Assembly (NCBI GenBank): GCA_947586855.1
Contig: CANPXV010000003.1
Coordinates: 24,274 to 88,273 of the forward strand
Length of the DNA: 64,000 nucleotides
Origin: an uncultured Clostridia bacterium
GTDB lineage: Bacteria; Bacillota; Clostridia; Christensenellales; CAG-314
Direction of reading: 5' to 3'
Shown here piece after piece: positions 17,875 through 28,057 of the stretch (position 1 is the stretch's first letter; each line of letters opens with the position of its first letter). A program made the position numbers and the translations under genes. Under the pieces are notes generated by a model that made no database searches, was not told the origin of the DNA, and worked only from the letters and a program-made list of their open reading frames with translations.

Positions 17875-18686
17875 AAAAGCGCAACATTTTGTCTCGCATT
17901 TGCGCCGACGGCTATCTCGGCTTGGTGCTGGCGCTGTTGTATCTGCCCATATTGCTGATTATCGTGTTCAGTTTCAGCGGCACAAGCCGTTTCAGCTTTG
18001 CCAACGGGTTCACCCTGGATAGCTACAAGGCGCTGTTCGACCCGGAACAAAACGGCGGATTGGTGTCCGCCCTCGAAAACACTGCGATATTGGCCATTTC
18101 TGCCAGCGTAATATCCACCGTGCTGGGCGCATTTTCCACAATCGGTATCTATGCGCTGGGCCGCAAGATGAAAAAAATCACCCTCACCGTCAACCAACTG
18201 CCCATGATCAACAGCGAGGTGGTGATGGCGGTCAGCCTCATGGTGTTTTTTGCGGCGTTTTCCTTTATCTTTCCGCAGGGCATGACCCGCCTGATTATCA
18301 GCCACGTGGCATTTTGCACGCCCTATGTGGTGCTGTCCATTTTGCCCCGATTGCAGCGCATGGACCCCAACATGTACGAGGCGGCGCTGGACTTGGGCGC
18401 AAATCCCTTTACCGCCATGCTCAAAGTGGTGTTTCCCTTTATCATGCCGGGCATCATCAGCGGCTTTGCGATGGCGTTTACGCTCAGTCTGGACGACTTT
18501 ATCATCACGCAATTCAACAAGGGCGACACGGGCATCGAGACCCTCTCCACCTACATCTACGAGGACGCCCGCGTCAAGAGCCTCGAACCGTTTTGGTTTG
18601 CGGTGTTCAGCATATTCTCGGTGGTGATGTTTGCGCTGCTGCTGGTGATGAACATCAAGCGTACCTCCAAGGAGGTGGCCAAATGA
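17871..18686 (+). CDS. potC: spermidine/putrescine ABC transporter permease
   Basis: EAA region NMYEAALDLGANPFTAMLKVVFPFIMPG. Start overlaps the potB stop (ATGA). Confidence 0.85.
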   Translation: MKKRNILSRICADGYLGLVLALLYLPILLIIVFSFSGTSRFSFANGFTLDSYKALFDPEQNGGLVSALENTAILAISASVISTVLGAFSTIGIYALGRKMKKITLTVNQLPMINSEVVMAVSLMVFFAAFSFIFPQGMTRLIISHVAFCTPYVVLSILPRLQRMDPNMYEAALDLGANPFTAMLKVVFPFIMPGIISGFAMAFTLSLDDFIITQFNKGDTGIETLSTYIYEDARVKSLEPFWFAVFSIFSVVMFALLLVMNIKRTSKEVAK

Positions 18687-20251
18687 AAAATTTTGTGCGT
18701 ATTTTGTCCCTTTTGCTGCTGGTGTGCGCCCTTTTGGCGGTGTTTGCCGCCTGCGACAGTCAACCTGTCGAGACGCTTGTGATCTACAATTGGGCGGACT
18801 ACATTTACAGCGAGGACAAGCTCAAAGAGGACTTCGGCGCCTACTACTCGCAGATGACGGGCGGCAAGCAAATCGAAATCACCTACGTCACCTTCGACAC
18901 CAACGAGACCATGCTCACCCGCCTCACCAAGGGCGACAGCAACGTGGACGTGGTGTGCCCCAGCGAGTACGCCATACAAAAGCTCATCGAGATGGACATG
19001 CTTATGCCCCTCAACTACTTTGACGAGCAAACCTACAAAAGCAAATTTTCCGACGCAGTGGATCTGTCCAAATACGTCCACAACGCCGACAACGTAGAGG
19101 AAGGTATCCGCAGCAAGGTGGGCAGCACCTTTGGGCAGATAGAAATTGCCTCCACAGGGCAAAAAGTAAGCATGCTGGACTACTTTGTGCCCTATATGTA
19201 CGGCACGCTGGGCATTTTGTACAACAAATATGCCTTTATGGATGCGGGCATCTACGACGAGGAGACGCTCAACAAGGCCAATTGGGGCATTTTGTTCAAC
19301 GACGACGGCAACGGCAATGTGCTGTCCGACAAGCTCAGCGGCAACATCCTGATGAAGGACAGCATCCGGGACAGCTACGCCGCAACGGTGTTTTACCTGT
19401 TGGAAAGCGACCAACTCGATGGCAAAACCAACGACGAGGGCAGGTTGTACACAAGCATGTCCGCAGGCGAGCTCATCAACGAGGTGGACGACAATCTTTT
19501 GGAGCTGGTCAAGGAGGCGCTCACCGCCCAAAAGCAGCAGCTGTTCGGCTACGAGGTGGATTTCGGCAAAGACGATTTGCTCTCCGGCAACGCCATCGTG
19601 GACCTTGCTTGGAGCGGCGACGCCATGTACGCTGTGGAAGAGAGCTGGAACGACGACCTCGGCGAGGAGGGCGACTACGAGTTGTCCTACTATGTGCCGC
19701 ACAGCACGGGCAACATCTGGTTTGATGGCTGGGTGGTGCCCAAGCAAAAGACGGAAAACAAGGAACATCTTGACGCCGTCAAACTGTTTATCAACTTCCT
19801 CAATCGCCCCGATATCGCCGCCCAGAACCTCTACGAGATCGGCTACTCGGCGGCCGTCAAACCGCAGGCCCTGTTGGATAGCCCCGAGGCCATGGCGTTT
19901 TTGGCGGAGGGCTACGACTATGACCCCGACGACCCCGAGCAGATGGAGCAGTTTACCGAGGAGTTTTTCCACTACGAGGACGAAATCGACCACAGCAATT
20001 GGCGCTACCCCTTTGTCAGCGCCGAGCTGAACGCCGACAACTACCGCAATATCGACAGCCTTGGCGTCATGCGGGATTTTGGCGACAAAAACCATGATGT
20101 CGTCACCGCCTGGAACTATTCTCGCTCGGTAGGCGTCACCACTTGGCCGCTGCTGGGCTGGACGGCGCTGGCCGTGGCGGCAGTTGTGGGGGCAGTGTTT
20201 GCCGTGATAGGCGTCAAACGCTACCTGCAACACCGACAAAAAGAAGAATAA
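18683..20251 (+). CDS. potD: spermidine/putrescine-binding lipoprotein with additional C-terminal TM helix
   Basis: ATG at 18683 overlaps the potC stop. Lipobox AVFAAC. PotD-like body. C-terminal hydrophobic helix WPLLGWTALAVAAVVGAVFAVIGV followed by KRYLQHRQKEE. Confidence 0.8.
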   Translation: MKNFVRILSLLLLVCALLAVFAACDSQPVETLVIYNWADYIYSEDKLKEDFGAYYSQMTGGKQIEITYVTFDTNETMLTRLTKGDSNVDVVCPSEYAIQKLIEMDMLMPLNYFDEQTYKSKFSDAVDLSKYVHNADNVEEGIRSKVGSTFGQIEIASTGQKVSMLDYFVPYMYGTLGILYNKYAFMDAGIYDEETLNKANWGILFNDDGNGNVLSDKLSGNILMKDSIRDSYAATVFYLLESDQLDGKTNDEGRLYTSMSAGELINEVDDNLLELVKEALTAQKQQLFGYEVDFGKDDLLSGNAIVDLAWSGDAMYAVEESWNDDLGEEGDYELSYYVPHSTGNIWFDGWVVPKQKTENKEHLDAVKLFINFLNRPDIAAQNLYEIGYSAAVKPQALLDSPEAMAFLAEGYDYDPDDPEQMEQFTEEFFHYEDEIDHSNWRYPFVSAELNADNYRNIDSLGVMRDFGDKNHDVVTAWNYSRSVGVTTWPLLGWTALAVAAVVGAVFAVIGVKRYLQHRQKEE

Positions 20252-20261
20252 ACCTTTGCCT

Positions 20262-20311
20262 CACCTCGCCGGTGGGGCAAGTTGGGCCACCTCGCCGGTG
20301 GGGCAAGTTGG
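20262..20311 (+). repeat. tandem duplication of a 24-nt hairpin-forming unit
   Basis: cacctcgccggtggggcaagttgg occurs at 20262-20285 and 20288-20311. The first copy forms a 10-bp stem with the flanking ttgcc. No T-run. Confidence 0.6.
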
Positions 20312-20534
20312 AAGAAATTATCACCCGAAGTAATGTGTCGTTGCGCCCAAATCACTCCGAGGCGAGCTATGTCACAACTCTCGCTTGGTTGTTCTCCCAC
20401 ACATGTTTAGTACATCAACTTGTGTGGGTACTCACTACAAGGGTTTTTCGCCTTTTTTGCGCAAAATTCCGCTTGAAGCCTCACCGATTTTTTGATATAC
20501 TTATTGTGCAAATTGCCACGAGGTACATTTATCT

Positions 20535-23500
20535 ATGACTCAACACAAAAATCTGTTTTGTTTTGCCCTGTTGCTGCTGTTTTCGGCGGCGCTTTTGCTT
20601 ACCTGTGCGGGCGGCGAGGCGTTGGCGCAGCAGTCGCAGGACCCCGACCTGTATTGGAGCGAGACCAACAAGCCCGTGTTTTACGGCGCAACGGAGATAA
20701 CTTTTTCGCTGGGCGCCGTGGACGAGTTCGACGCCAAGGACAGTCGTTTTCGGCTGTTTGCCAAGGATTTCGAGGACGGCGACCTGGACAGCAGGATAGT
20801 GCGCAGCGGCACTGTCAACACCGCCAAGGCGGGCGACTACACTTTGCAGTACAGCGTAAGGGACAGTCACGGCAACGTGTCGCAGCTTACGGTGCCAGTG
20901 CACGTGGTGGACGACGGCAAAAACGCCATCACAGTGCGCCGCACGCTCTACGCCCTGCCCAACGATTGGAACATGCAGCTTGCGGGTTTTTCTCGCTGCA
21001 ACAGCGGCGACCGCCAGATTTTGGGCATTTATCTGCCCCACGGGGCGTCCTTCCGCATGAAGGCCCTCTGCCCCAACCTCAAAGACACCTCGGGCAACAG
21101 CGGTATCGGTGTGGCGCTGCTCAACGATGACGCCCGCCGAGAGTCCTCCACAACAATATCTACCCAGCCTGCGCAAACGGACGCAGATGGCTACGTCACC
21201 GTGCAAAATACCATCACCAGCGGCCTTGTCAACGGCGAGATCATCCCCGACAACACTGCCTGCGTGCCCCTTGTCAGCACCCCCAAGCTGCTGCGGGGCA
21301 AGGATATCTCCACAACCTACCGGATCGAAATCAGCTACGACGCCGACACAGTGCACCCCTTGCAGTACTATCACTATGGCGATTTTGGCGGGGGAGATGA
21401 GGGCGAAAGCAAGTTTGTGGCGCAGTGGAAGGCCTCGGGCGACGGCCACGCCGTAGAAGAAAACAACGCAATAACCGTCATTGTGCCCATCGGCGATATG
21501 GAAAGATGGCAAACGGAGCGTGCCAAAAACAACGGCAACCGCTTCACCCGCAATCTGGACGAGCACCTTGCCTACTATGAAAAGGTCGTCACCTTTATGG
21601 ACAAAATCGTCGGTCTGGACTACAACCCCGACGACGCCATCGACCAAAATTTGCGTGCCAAGTATCTTGTCAAGGCCAACGCACACGGTGCAGGTGCCGC
21701 CTACTACTCCGGCAATCACGTCGGCGTCAACTCCCGTATCGAGCAAACCGTCACCTACAACGATGCCGAGTACAAGCAAGTGGTGCGGGGGCAGATGTAC
21801 TCCTTCTTCGAGATGAATTGGGGCGGCCTGCACGAGCTGGGACACGGCTATCAAGGCGGTTTGGGCAACGGCAGCATGGGCCTGGGCGAAACTTCCAACA
21901 ACATCTTGTGCCACTATGTGCAGATGGACGACGAAATATGGACGGCGCAATCGGCCTATTGGCTGGGCAAGACGCTCAACGCTCCCGTCAAGGATTCGCA
22001 GGGGCAGGACAGCACAGTAGAGCAGATCCACAATGTCGGCCGCCTCACCAACCAAACCTACGACGACTTTTTTGTGCACAGCGAGGTGGGCGACAGGCTG
22101 TACTTCCTCATCAACCTGTTTGATAGCTTCGAGGGCTGGCAAACCTACGCCAAGTTTTTCAGTTGGTATCGCAGTTTGCGCCGCACCTGCCAGCAGCTGT
22201 CGCTTGCCGCACCAAATCAGCAGGATTGCTATGTGCGCTTTTTTGCCGAAACCTACAACACCAACGTGCTGCCCTATTTCAACGCCTGGGGGCTGGATAC
22301 GTCCGACGCCGTAACCGAGCTTGCCTACAAATGCGGCACAACGCTATCCGTTTTGCAGGATGCGGCAGGTGACAAAACCGACGACATCAAGCAGAGCGAA
22401 AACCTGTCGCTAAGCTACGGACTTGTGTCCGACGAGGTGCTGGCGGCAAACGGCGTGGAGGGCAGCCTCACCGTGCGGTTCAATATAAACTCCGCCGACA
22501 GATTGCAGGGCAAAACCGTCCTGCTGGAAAAGGGCGGCAAGGTGCTCTACAATGCCCATATCGACAGCGGCGAGGCCCGTTTCGACGGCATTTCCGCAGG
22601 CAGCTATCTGGTGCGGGTGCCCGTGCTTACCGATTACATCTGCCGCGTCGGCACGGCAAACGTCAAGCAGGGGCAAAACGAGCTTGCAGCCGACTACACC
22701 GCCCGCCCCGACAGTGACTTCAACCCCCAAACGCTGCGTATCAGCGGTCCCAACAACACAGTAGGGCTGACGATTGCCTTCTCCGACAGCCTCACCGCAA
22801 CGCTCAGCAAGGGCGGCGCCAATCTGGGCAATCAGGGCAACGAGTGGAAGCAAAATCCCGACGAGGTGTTTGTCTCCGTCAAACTGGCCGATAGCAGCGG
22901 AAAGCAGCTGTTTTTCCAAGAGGTAAAGGGCTCGGGATTTTTTACCACCGTGGCCGAGCCCTCGCAGCAGCTGAGTGTCGATTACGGCAGCAAGGTGACG
23001 GTGTACACGCACGCACCGCAATATGTGCAGGTCATCTCGCAACTGACGGACAAGCAGCTGGATTGCTACCGCATAACAACGCCTGCCGCCGGCAAAACCT
23101 ACGTCTACACCCTCACCAAGCAGGGGCTTGTGGCGGACTATCTGGCCGAAACCGACCTGCAACAGGCCATTTACGACGAAACCAAGCAGGATATGGCAGC
23201 GCAGTTGCAGCGTCTTGTGGACGGTTTGCAGGATGGCGCTTTGGACGCTGCCTACTATCAAACGGAGGATAAGGCCGCCATTCTGGATCTGTACAACCGC
23301 TTGCAACCGCAGGACAGACAGCAATTTGACGAAACCTGCCGCAAGATAGTGCAGGGTGGCAGCCCCGTCATTGCAGCAAGCGACATCGGCATAGACGTCG
23401 CCCACACTCTCGATTGGACGCAGTACGTGTCGGCAACGGACGCCGAGGACGGCCCCATTACGCTGGACTCGCACAATTTGCGGGTGCAAACGGCTTTCAA

Positions 23501-23762
23501 TGGCACGCAAGCGGGCACTTTCGACGTCACCTTTTTTGTGACGGACAGCGACGGCAACGTCTCCTCGCAGCAGGTGACGCTCACCGTCGAGCGCAATGCT
23601 GTTGTGACGGACGGCGACAACGACCCGGCACATCAGGTGTCGCCCGCAGATGGTTCCTCGGGGCTCAGCACAACCGCCACCATCTTGATATGGGTGGGCG
23701 CATTTGCAGCCATGGCCGTCGCCGCAGTGGTGATAGTGCTCATTCTCAAAAAGAGAAGGTAA
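20535..23762 (+). CDS. M60-like (enhancin-type) zinc metallopeptidase with Ig-like domains and C-terminal membrane anchor
   Basis: Signal peptide. HELGHGYQGG...GETSNN fits the HEXXH...E gluzincin signature of M60-like peptidases. Ig-like domains at both ends. C-terminal TM helix followed by KKRR. Confidence 0.7.
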   Translation: MTQHKNLFCFALLLLFSAALLLTCAGGEALAQQSQDPDLYWSETNKPVFYGATEITFSLGAVDEFDAKDSRFRLFAKDFEDGDLDSRIVRSGTVNTAKAGDYTLQYSVRDSHGNVSQLTVPVHVVDDGKNAITVRRTLYALPNDWNMQLAGFSRCNSGDRQILGIYLPHGASFRMKALCPNLKDTSGNSGIGVALLNDDARRESSTTISTQPAQTDADGYVTVQNTITSGLVNGEIIPDNTACVPLVSTPKLLRGKDISTTYRIEISYDADTVHPLQYYHYGDFGGGDEGESKFVAQWKASGDGHAVEENNAITVIVPIGDMERWQTERAKNNGNRFTRNLDEHLAYYEKVVTFMDKIVGLDYNPDDAIDQNLRAKYLVKANAHGAGAAYYSGNHVGVNSRIEQTVTYNDAEYKQVVRGQMYSFFEMNWGGLHELGHGYQGGLGNGSMGLGETSNNILCHYVQMDDEIWTAQSAYWLGKTLNAPVKDSQGQDSTVEQIHNVGRLTNQTYDDFFVHSEVGDRLYFLINLFDSFEGWQTYAKFFSWYRSLRRTCQQLSLAAPNQQDCYVRFFAETYNTNVLPYFNAWGLDTSDAVTELAYKCGTTLSVLQDAAGDKTDDIKQSENLSLSYGLVSDEVLAANGVEGSLTVRFNINSADRLQGKTVLLEKGGKVLYNAHIDSGEARFDGISAGSYLVRVPVLTDYICRVGTANVKQGQNELAADYTARPDSDFNPQTLRISGPNNTVGLTIAFSDSLTATLSKGGANLGNQGNEWKQNPDEVFVSVKLADSSGKQLFFQEVKGSGFFTTVAEPSQQLSVDYGSKVTVYTHAPQYVQVISQLTDKQLDCYRITTPAAGKTYVYTLTKQGLVADYLAETDLQQAIYDETKQDMAAQLQRLVDGLQDGALDAAYYQTEDKAAILDLYNRLQPQDRQQFDETCRKIVQGGSPVIAASDIGIDVAHTLDWTQYVSATDAEDGPITLDSHNLRVQTAFNGTQAGTFDVTFFVTDSDGNVSSQQVTLTVERNAVVTDGDNDPAHQVSPADGSSGLSTTATILIWVGAFAAMAVAAVVIVLILKKRR

Positions 23763-24031
23763 TTTTTGTCCAACAAACTGCAATCAGATTGCAACAGTCT
23801 TTGCCCTTTTTCACGTCCCTTGCCCGTCCCAAAGGCGAGTGCAGGGGGCACATCGGGCGCAATCGATGTGTATCGGGGCAGAGACGGGCGGCAAATTGGC
23901 CTATATTTCCGTTAAAGTGGTGCAATAAAGTTGTAAAAACAGCCGTTTTGTGGTAAAATACCCCTTAGTGGTATTTCCGATTTGGGAGGTATCGCACACT
24001 ACACACAGCTTTTAGCTTTTGAGAGGAAACG

Positions 24032-25549
24032 ATGAAGATTTTACCATATCCTCAAAAGTCCGAAAATATCTCCGGCAGTTTTTGTATTGACGGCAATGCC
24101 AAGGTGTTCTGCGAAAACGAGTTTGTTCCGCAGGCCGAGCGGCTTGCCGACCTGATATACGAAAGCTGCGGTTTCTTTTTGCAGTTTACCGACGTCATCG
24201 AGCAAGCGCAGATAATCTTTGCCAAGGATGCCGAATTGCCCGCCGAGGGTTACGTCATCATGATAAGCCGAGGCGTGGCCACCGTCACATCGGCCACAAG
24301 CGCAGGGTGTTTTTACGCAGTGGAAAGTTTGCGACAACTGTTCAATCTGGACGTCAAGCAGACCCGCATCGTGTGCAGCGACGGCTACATCGAGGATAGC
24401 CCCCGCTTTGCCTATCGAGGCTTTATGTTGGATATTGCCCGCCACTTTTTCGGCTTGGACGTGCTCAAACGCATTGTGGACTTGATGTCGCAGGTCAAGC
24501 TAAACAAGTTGCACCTGCACCTGACGGACGATCAGGGCTTTCGTCTGCAAATAGACAAGTACCCCCGCCTGACGGAGTTTGCCAGTGTCCGCAGCGGGTC
24601 CGAGGTGCGCACAGGCGGCGAAAGTTACATCGACGACGTGCCCCACGCAGGCTACCTCAGCAAGCAGGATGTGGCCGAACTTGTGGCCTATGCCGCCGAT
24701 CGCAATGTGGAGATCATTCCCGAAATTGACCTCCCCGGGCATTTTGTGGCCGCCATTGCCGCCTATCCGCAGCTAAGCTGCACGGGCAGCGTCACCGAGG
24801 TGCGCAAAAAGTGGTCGGTATCCAAGGATATTTTGTGCGCAGGCAACGACAACGTCTACGATTTTGTCAAGGACATTCTGGACGAGGTTTGCGAGCTGTT
24901 CCCCTCGCAGTACGTCCACTTGGGCGGCGAGGACGTGGCCAAGGACAGGTGGTGCAACTGCAAACTGTGCCGAGAGCGCATGTCTCAGCTCAAATTGGAC
25001 AGCGTAGAGGAGCTGCAAACCCACATGATAGAGGTTTTCCGCACCTATCTGCAACAAAAGGGCAAGACGGTCATCATCCGCAACGACGGCATAACCGCCT
25101 CCGCCGACAAACGCATTGTCAGTCAGGTTTGGACCAAGGTGAGGCATCGTAAGGCGGCCCGTTTGGCCAACAGCGGCCACCCCGTCATCATTTCGCCCCG
25201 TCGTCGTGTGCACCTTCACCACGACTACAATGCGCTTTCCCTCAAAAAAACGCTCAAAACCAACCCCTATCGCCGTGTTCCCAAGTCGCAGTACGCCAAC
25301 GTGCTGGGCATAGAGGGCGCTTTGTGGACGCAGGACGTGCAGGACGAGCAACAGCTGTTTTATCTGCTGCTGCCCCGCATGGACGCCTTGGCCGAGTGCG
25401 CCTGGAACAAGCGTCACAGGGACTTTTTGCACCGTCTGCAAAAGCGTTTGGCGCTGTACGATAAATTGCAGCTAAACTACAACAGAAAATTTGTGCGCAA
25501 ACACAACGAAAATCCCGTTGCAGATGCGCCTCAGGGAGATACAATATGA
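24032..25549 (+). CDS. beta-N-acetylhexosaminidase (GH20)
   Basis: RGFMLDIARHF, KLNKLHLHLTDDQGFRLQI, HLGGEDV - the canonical GH20 catalytic-domain motifs. Confidence 0.85.
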   Translation: MKILPYPQKSENISGSFCIDGNAKVFCENEFVPQAERLADLIYESCGFFLQFTDVIEQAQIIFAKDAELPAEGYVIMISRGVATVTSATSAGCFYAVESLRQLFNLDVKQTRIVCSDGYIEDSPRFAYRGFMLDIARHFFGLDVLKRIVDLMSQVKLNKLHLHLTDDQGFRLQIDKYPRLTEFASVRSGSEVRTGGESYIDDVPHAGYLSKQDVAELVAYAADRNVEIIPEIDLPGHFVAAIAAYPQLSCTGSVTEVRKKWSVSKDILCAGNDNVYDFVKDILDEVCELFPSQYVHLGGEDVAKDRWCNCKLCRERMSQLKLDSVEELQTHMIEVFRTYLQQKGKTVIIRNDGITASADKRIVSQVWTKVRHRKAARLANSGHPVIISPRRRVHLHHDYNALSLKKTLKTNPYRRVPKSQYANVLGIEGALWTQDVQDEQQLFYLLLPRMDALAECAWNKRHRDFLHRLQKRLALYDKLQLNYNRKFVRKHNENPVADAPQGDTI

Positions 25550-26541
25550 AAAAAATCGGTGTTTTGACCAGCGGCGGCGACAGTCAGGGCATGAATGCGG
25601 CAGTGTATGCCACTGTGCGTTCGGCGCTGTCGCACGGGTTGGAGGTATACGGCATTTATCACGGCTACACGGGCCTCATTGGGGGCGAAGTGCGCCGTCT
25701 GGACGCAAAAAGCGTCGAGGGCATCATCCACAAGGGCGGCACAGTGCTGGGTACGGCACGCTGTCCCGAGATGAAAACGCCCCAAGGCCGTCAGCAAGCC
25801 CTGCAAACGCTGCAACGTTACGGCGTCGAGGGGCTGGTGGTCATCGGCGGCGACGGCAGCTTTCAGGGCGCCAAGGTGCTTAGCACGCAATACGGCGTCA
25901 AGGTCATCGGCATACCGGGCACCATCGACAACGACCTGGCCTACACCGACTACACGCTGGGCTTTGACAGCGCCGTGGCGGTGGTGGTAAACAACGTCAA
26001 CCTTCTGCGGGACACCATGTCCTGCAACGACCGCACCTGCGTGGTAGAGGTTATGGGGCGCGATTGCGGCGACATCGCCCTGCATGCGGCCCTTGCTTGC
26101 GGCGCCGAGGCCGTCTGCGTGCCGGAAAAAGGCTACCATCCCGACGATCTGGCGCAGCTTATCCGCCACAATGCGCAAGTCGGCAAAAAGGATAACATCA
26201 TTTTGGTGGCGGAAGGTATCCGCTCCGACGGCACTCTGGACAAGGGACACGAGGCGGACAAGGTGATGAAGGACATTTTGCAGCGCCTGCCCGACCTAAA
26301 CATCCGCTCGATGGTGCTGGGACACCTTCAACGCAGCGGCGACGCCACCGTGTTCGACCGCAAATTGGGCATAAACATGGGCGTGCACGCCGTCAAGTGC
26401 CTTGTTGAGGGCAAAACGGACCGTGTCATCGGCATACACAACGACGTCGTGTTCGACGAGGACATGTTGGAGGCGCTTGCCAAGCAAAAGCACTTCGACG
26501 ACTCCCTCTACACCTTGGTGGGTGCGCTTGCCAAGTACTAA
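25546..26541 (+). CDS. pfkA: ATP-dependent 6-phosphofructokinase
   Basis: MKKIGVLTSGGDSQGMNAAV..., GGDGSFQGA, GIPGTIDNDL, MGRDCGDIAL. Confidence 0.9.
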   Translation: MKKIGVLTSGGDSQGMNAAVYATVRSALSHGLEVYGIYHGYTGLIGGEVRRLDAKSVEGIIHKGGTVLGTARCPEMKTPQGRQQALQTLQRYGVEGLVVIGGDGSFQGAKVLSTQYGVKVIGIPGTIDNDLAYTDYTLGFDSAVAVVVNNVNLLRDTMSCNDRTCVVEVMGRDCGDIALHAALACGAEAVCVPEKGYHPDDLAQLIRHNAQVGKKDNIILVAEGIRSDGTLDKGHEADKVMKDILQRLPDLNIRSMVLGHLQRSGDATVFDRKLGINMGVHAVKCLVEGKTDRVIGIHNDVVFDEDMLEALAKQKHFDDSLYTLVGALAKY

Positions 26542-26550
26542 GCGGCTTTT

Positions 26551-26582
26551 TCGGTGCTCATCGGGCACCGATTTGTTTTTTG
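26551..26582 (+). terminator. intrinsic terminator after pfkA
   Basis: CGGTGC-tcatcgg-GCACCG hairpin followed by atttgTTTTTT. Confidence 0.6.
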
Positions 26583-26732
26583 GGACGTCAAACAGGTTCT
26601 GATTTACCCTTTTGAGACATCATAAGGGCGCCGTTTTGCCATTTTGAGACGCTCGACAGACGCTTTTGCCCATTTTGTGCGGTGTTCGGAGCGTGATCCT
26701 GTAACTTTTTTGCGTAAATTCCCGCCATTTTG

Positions 26733-26761
26733 TTGCGAAATTCGCTCGGCGGTGCTACAAT
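26733..26761 (+). promoter_or_regulatory. promoter of the FMN riboswitch-ribU unit
   Basis: TTGCGA (26733-26738), 17-nt spacer, TGcTACAAT (TACAAT 26756-26761). Confidence 0.55.
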
Positions 26762-26777
26762 ATACTCACAACAACAA

Positions 26778-26895
26778 ATTCTTTGGGGCGTGGTGCAAGT
26801 CCACACCGATAGTGACAGCCTATGAACGCCTGTTTTCAGGCGCCGATCAGGTGAAATTCCTGAGCCGACGGTAACAGTCCGGATGAGAAAAGAAT
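26778..26895 (+). promoter_or_regulatory. FMN riboswitch (RFN element)
   Basis: P1 attctt/aagaat. Conserved cores GGGGCGTGGTGCAAGTCCACACCG and CAGGTGAAATTCCTGAGCCGACGGTAACAGTCCGGATGAGA. A riboflavin transporter gene lies downstream. Confidence 0.85.
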
Positions 26896-26915
26896 AAATA
26901 CTTTTCGTATTTTGC

Positions 26916-26941
26916 GCCCTTGTATTCCAAGGGCCTTTTTG
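26916..26941 (+). terminator. riboswitch expression-platform terminator
   Basis: GCCCTTG-tattc-CAAGGGC followed by cTTTTT. Confidence 0.7.
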
Positions 26942-27145
26942 TTGCTCCGAGACAAATGTTGTGCAGGAAGCAATCAAAAAAAGCAAGACGCTCTAAGCTG
27001 AACTCCCTGCAATCACGGACCTCTACCGAAAGCAGGATTCCCGACCGAGGTTGTGTATTATATTCTCTATATGAAACCTGCTCAACTCGCCCCGCCGGCG
27101 AGGCGGCGTTTCAAAGATACACAAATCAAAAAGGAGGTATCTGTT

Positions 27146-27934
27146 GTGACAAATTTATTGTCTATCAGTCAAATAGCCATCAGTTGGCTTGTGGCCGTGT
27201 TGGCCATCGTTATCGCATTGCAGTTGGGCGCCATTGTGGTTTTGGCCGTGCGCCGTCGCAAGGGCGTGTCGGCTCGTCAGCAGACGGCGGGGGCAAAGGC
27301 CGTCACCTTCAAATCGGTGACGTACCTCACCAAGGTGGCATTGCTAAGCGCCATGGCCGTGGTGTTGCTGTATGTGGAGTTTCCGCTGCTCCCCGCCACC
27401 CCGTGGCTCAAACTCAACGTATCCGATGTGCCCTGTCTGCTGGCCACGTTTATGTTCGGGCCCATCACGGGCACCGTTGTCAATGGCGTCAAAGTGGGCG
27501 TTTGCCTGCTGCTGAGGGGCACAAGTACGGGCTTTGTGGGGGATCTGTCCAACTTGATAAGCGGCACCGTGTACGCCGTTGTTGCGGGCCTCATCTATAT
27601 GATCTGGCGCAACAAAAAGGGCGCCGTGGTGGCCCTGACGGTTAGCAGTGCGCTGTTTTGCGGCGTGATGTGGCTGTGCAACCAATACATGCTGCTGCCC
27701 TTCTTCGGCATGGACGGCGACCCTGCGGAAATGACCGTGCTGCTGTGGTGGACGCTGCTGTTCAACGTCATCAAGACGCTGCTGACGGCGCTGCTTACAT
27801 TTGTCATCTACAAGCCTCTAAGCCGAGCCCTGCATTGGGAGTTTGGCACGGGCAAGCCCTCCAAGCAAACGCCTGTGCAGGCCGCTGCGGGGGCCGATAG
27901 CTCTCAGACAAGCGAGCTTCCCCAAGAAAAATAA
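27146..27934 (+). CDS. ribU: ECF-type riboflavin transporter S component
   Basis: GTG at 27146, 8 nt after AAGGAGG. Multi-TM protein with the RibU-like segment YVEFPLLPATPWLKLNVSDVPCLLATFMFGPITG. Sits under the FMN riboswitch. Confidence 0.8.
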   Translation: MTNLLSISQIAISWLVAVLAIVIALQLGAIVVLAVRRRKGVSARQQTAGAKAVTFKSVTYLTKVALLSAMAVVLLYVEFPLLPATPWLKLNVSDVPCLLATFMFGPITGTVVNGVKVGVCLLLRGTSTGFVGDLSNLISGTVYAVVAGLIYMIWRNKKGAVVALTVSSALFCGVMWLCNQYMLLPFFGMDGDPAEMTVLLWWTLLFNVIKTLLTALLTFVIYKPLSRALHWEFGTGKPSKQTPVQAAAGADSSQTSELPQEK

Positions 27935-27951
27935 AATTGTAACGCACAGGG

Positions 27952-27982
27952 AAAGTCAACCTCGCAAGTGAGGTTGACTTTT
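27952..27982 (+). terminator. intrinsic terminator after ribU
   Basis: 12-bp stem AAAGTCAACCTC/GAGGTTGACTTT with a 6-nt loop, then a T-run. Confidence 0.7.
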
Positions 27983-28021
27983 CGCATGCCTCTGGGCTTA
28001 TCGGGTGCGTGCGCATTTTGC

Positions 28022-28050
28022 TTGCAAAGCGCCGCAAAGTGTAGTACAAT
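28022..28050 (+). promoter_or_regulatory. promoter of tsaE-tsaB-rimI (apparently leaderless)
   Basis: TTGCAA (28022-28027), 17-nt spacer, TACAAT (28045-28050). The ATG at 28058 lies 7 nt after the -10 and has no SD. Confidence 0.5.
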
Positions 28051-28057
28051 ATACCCG

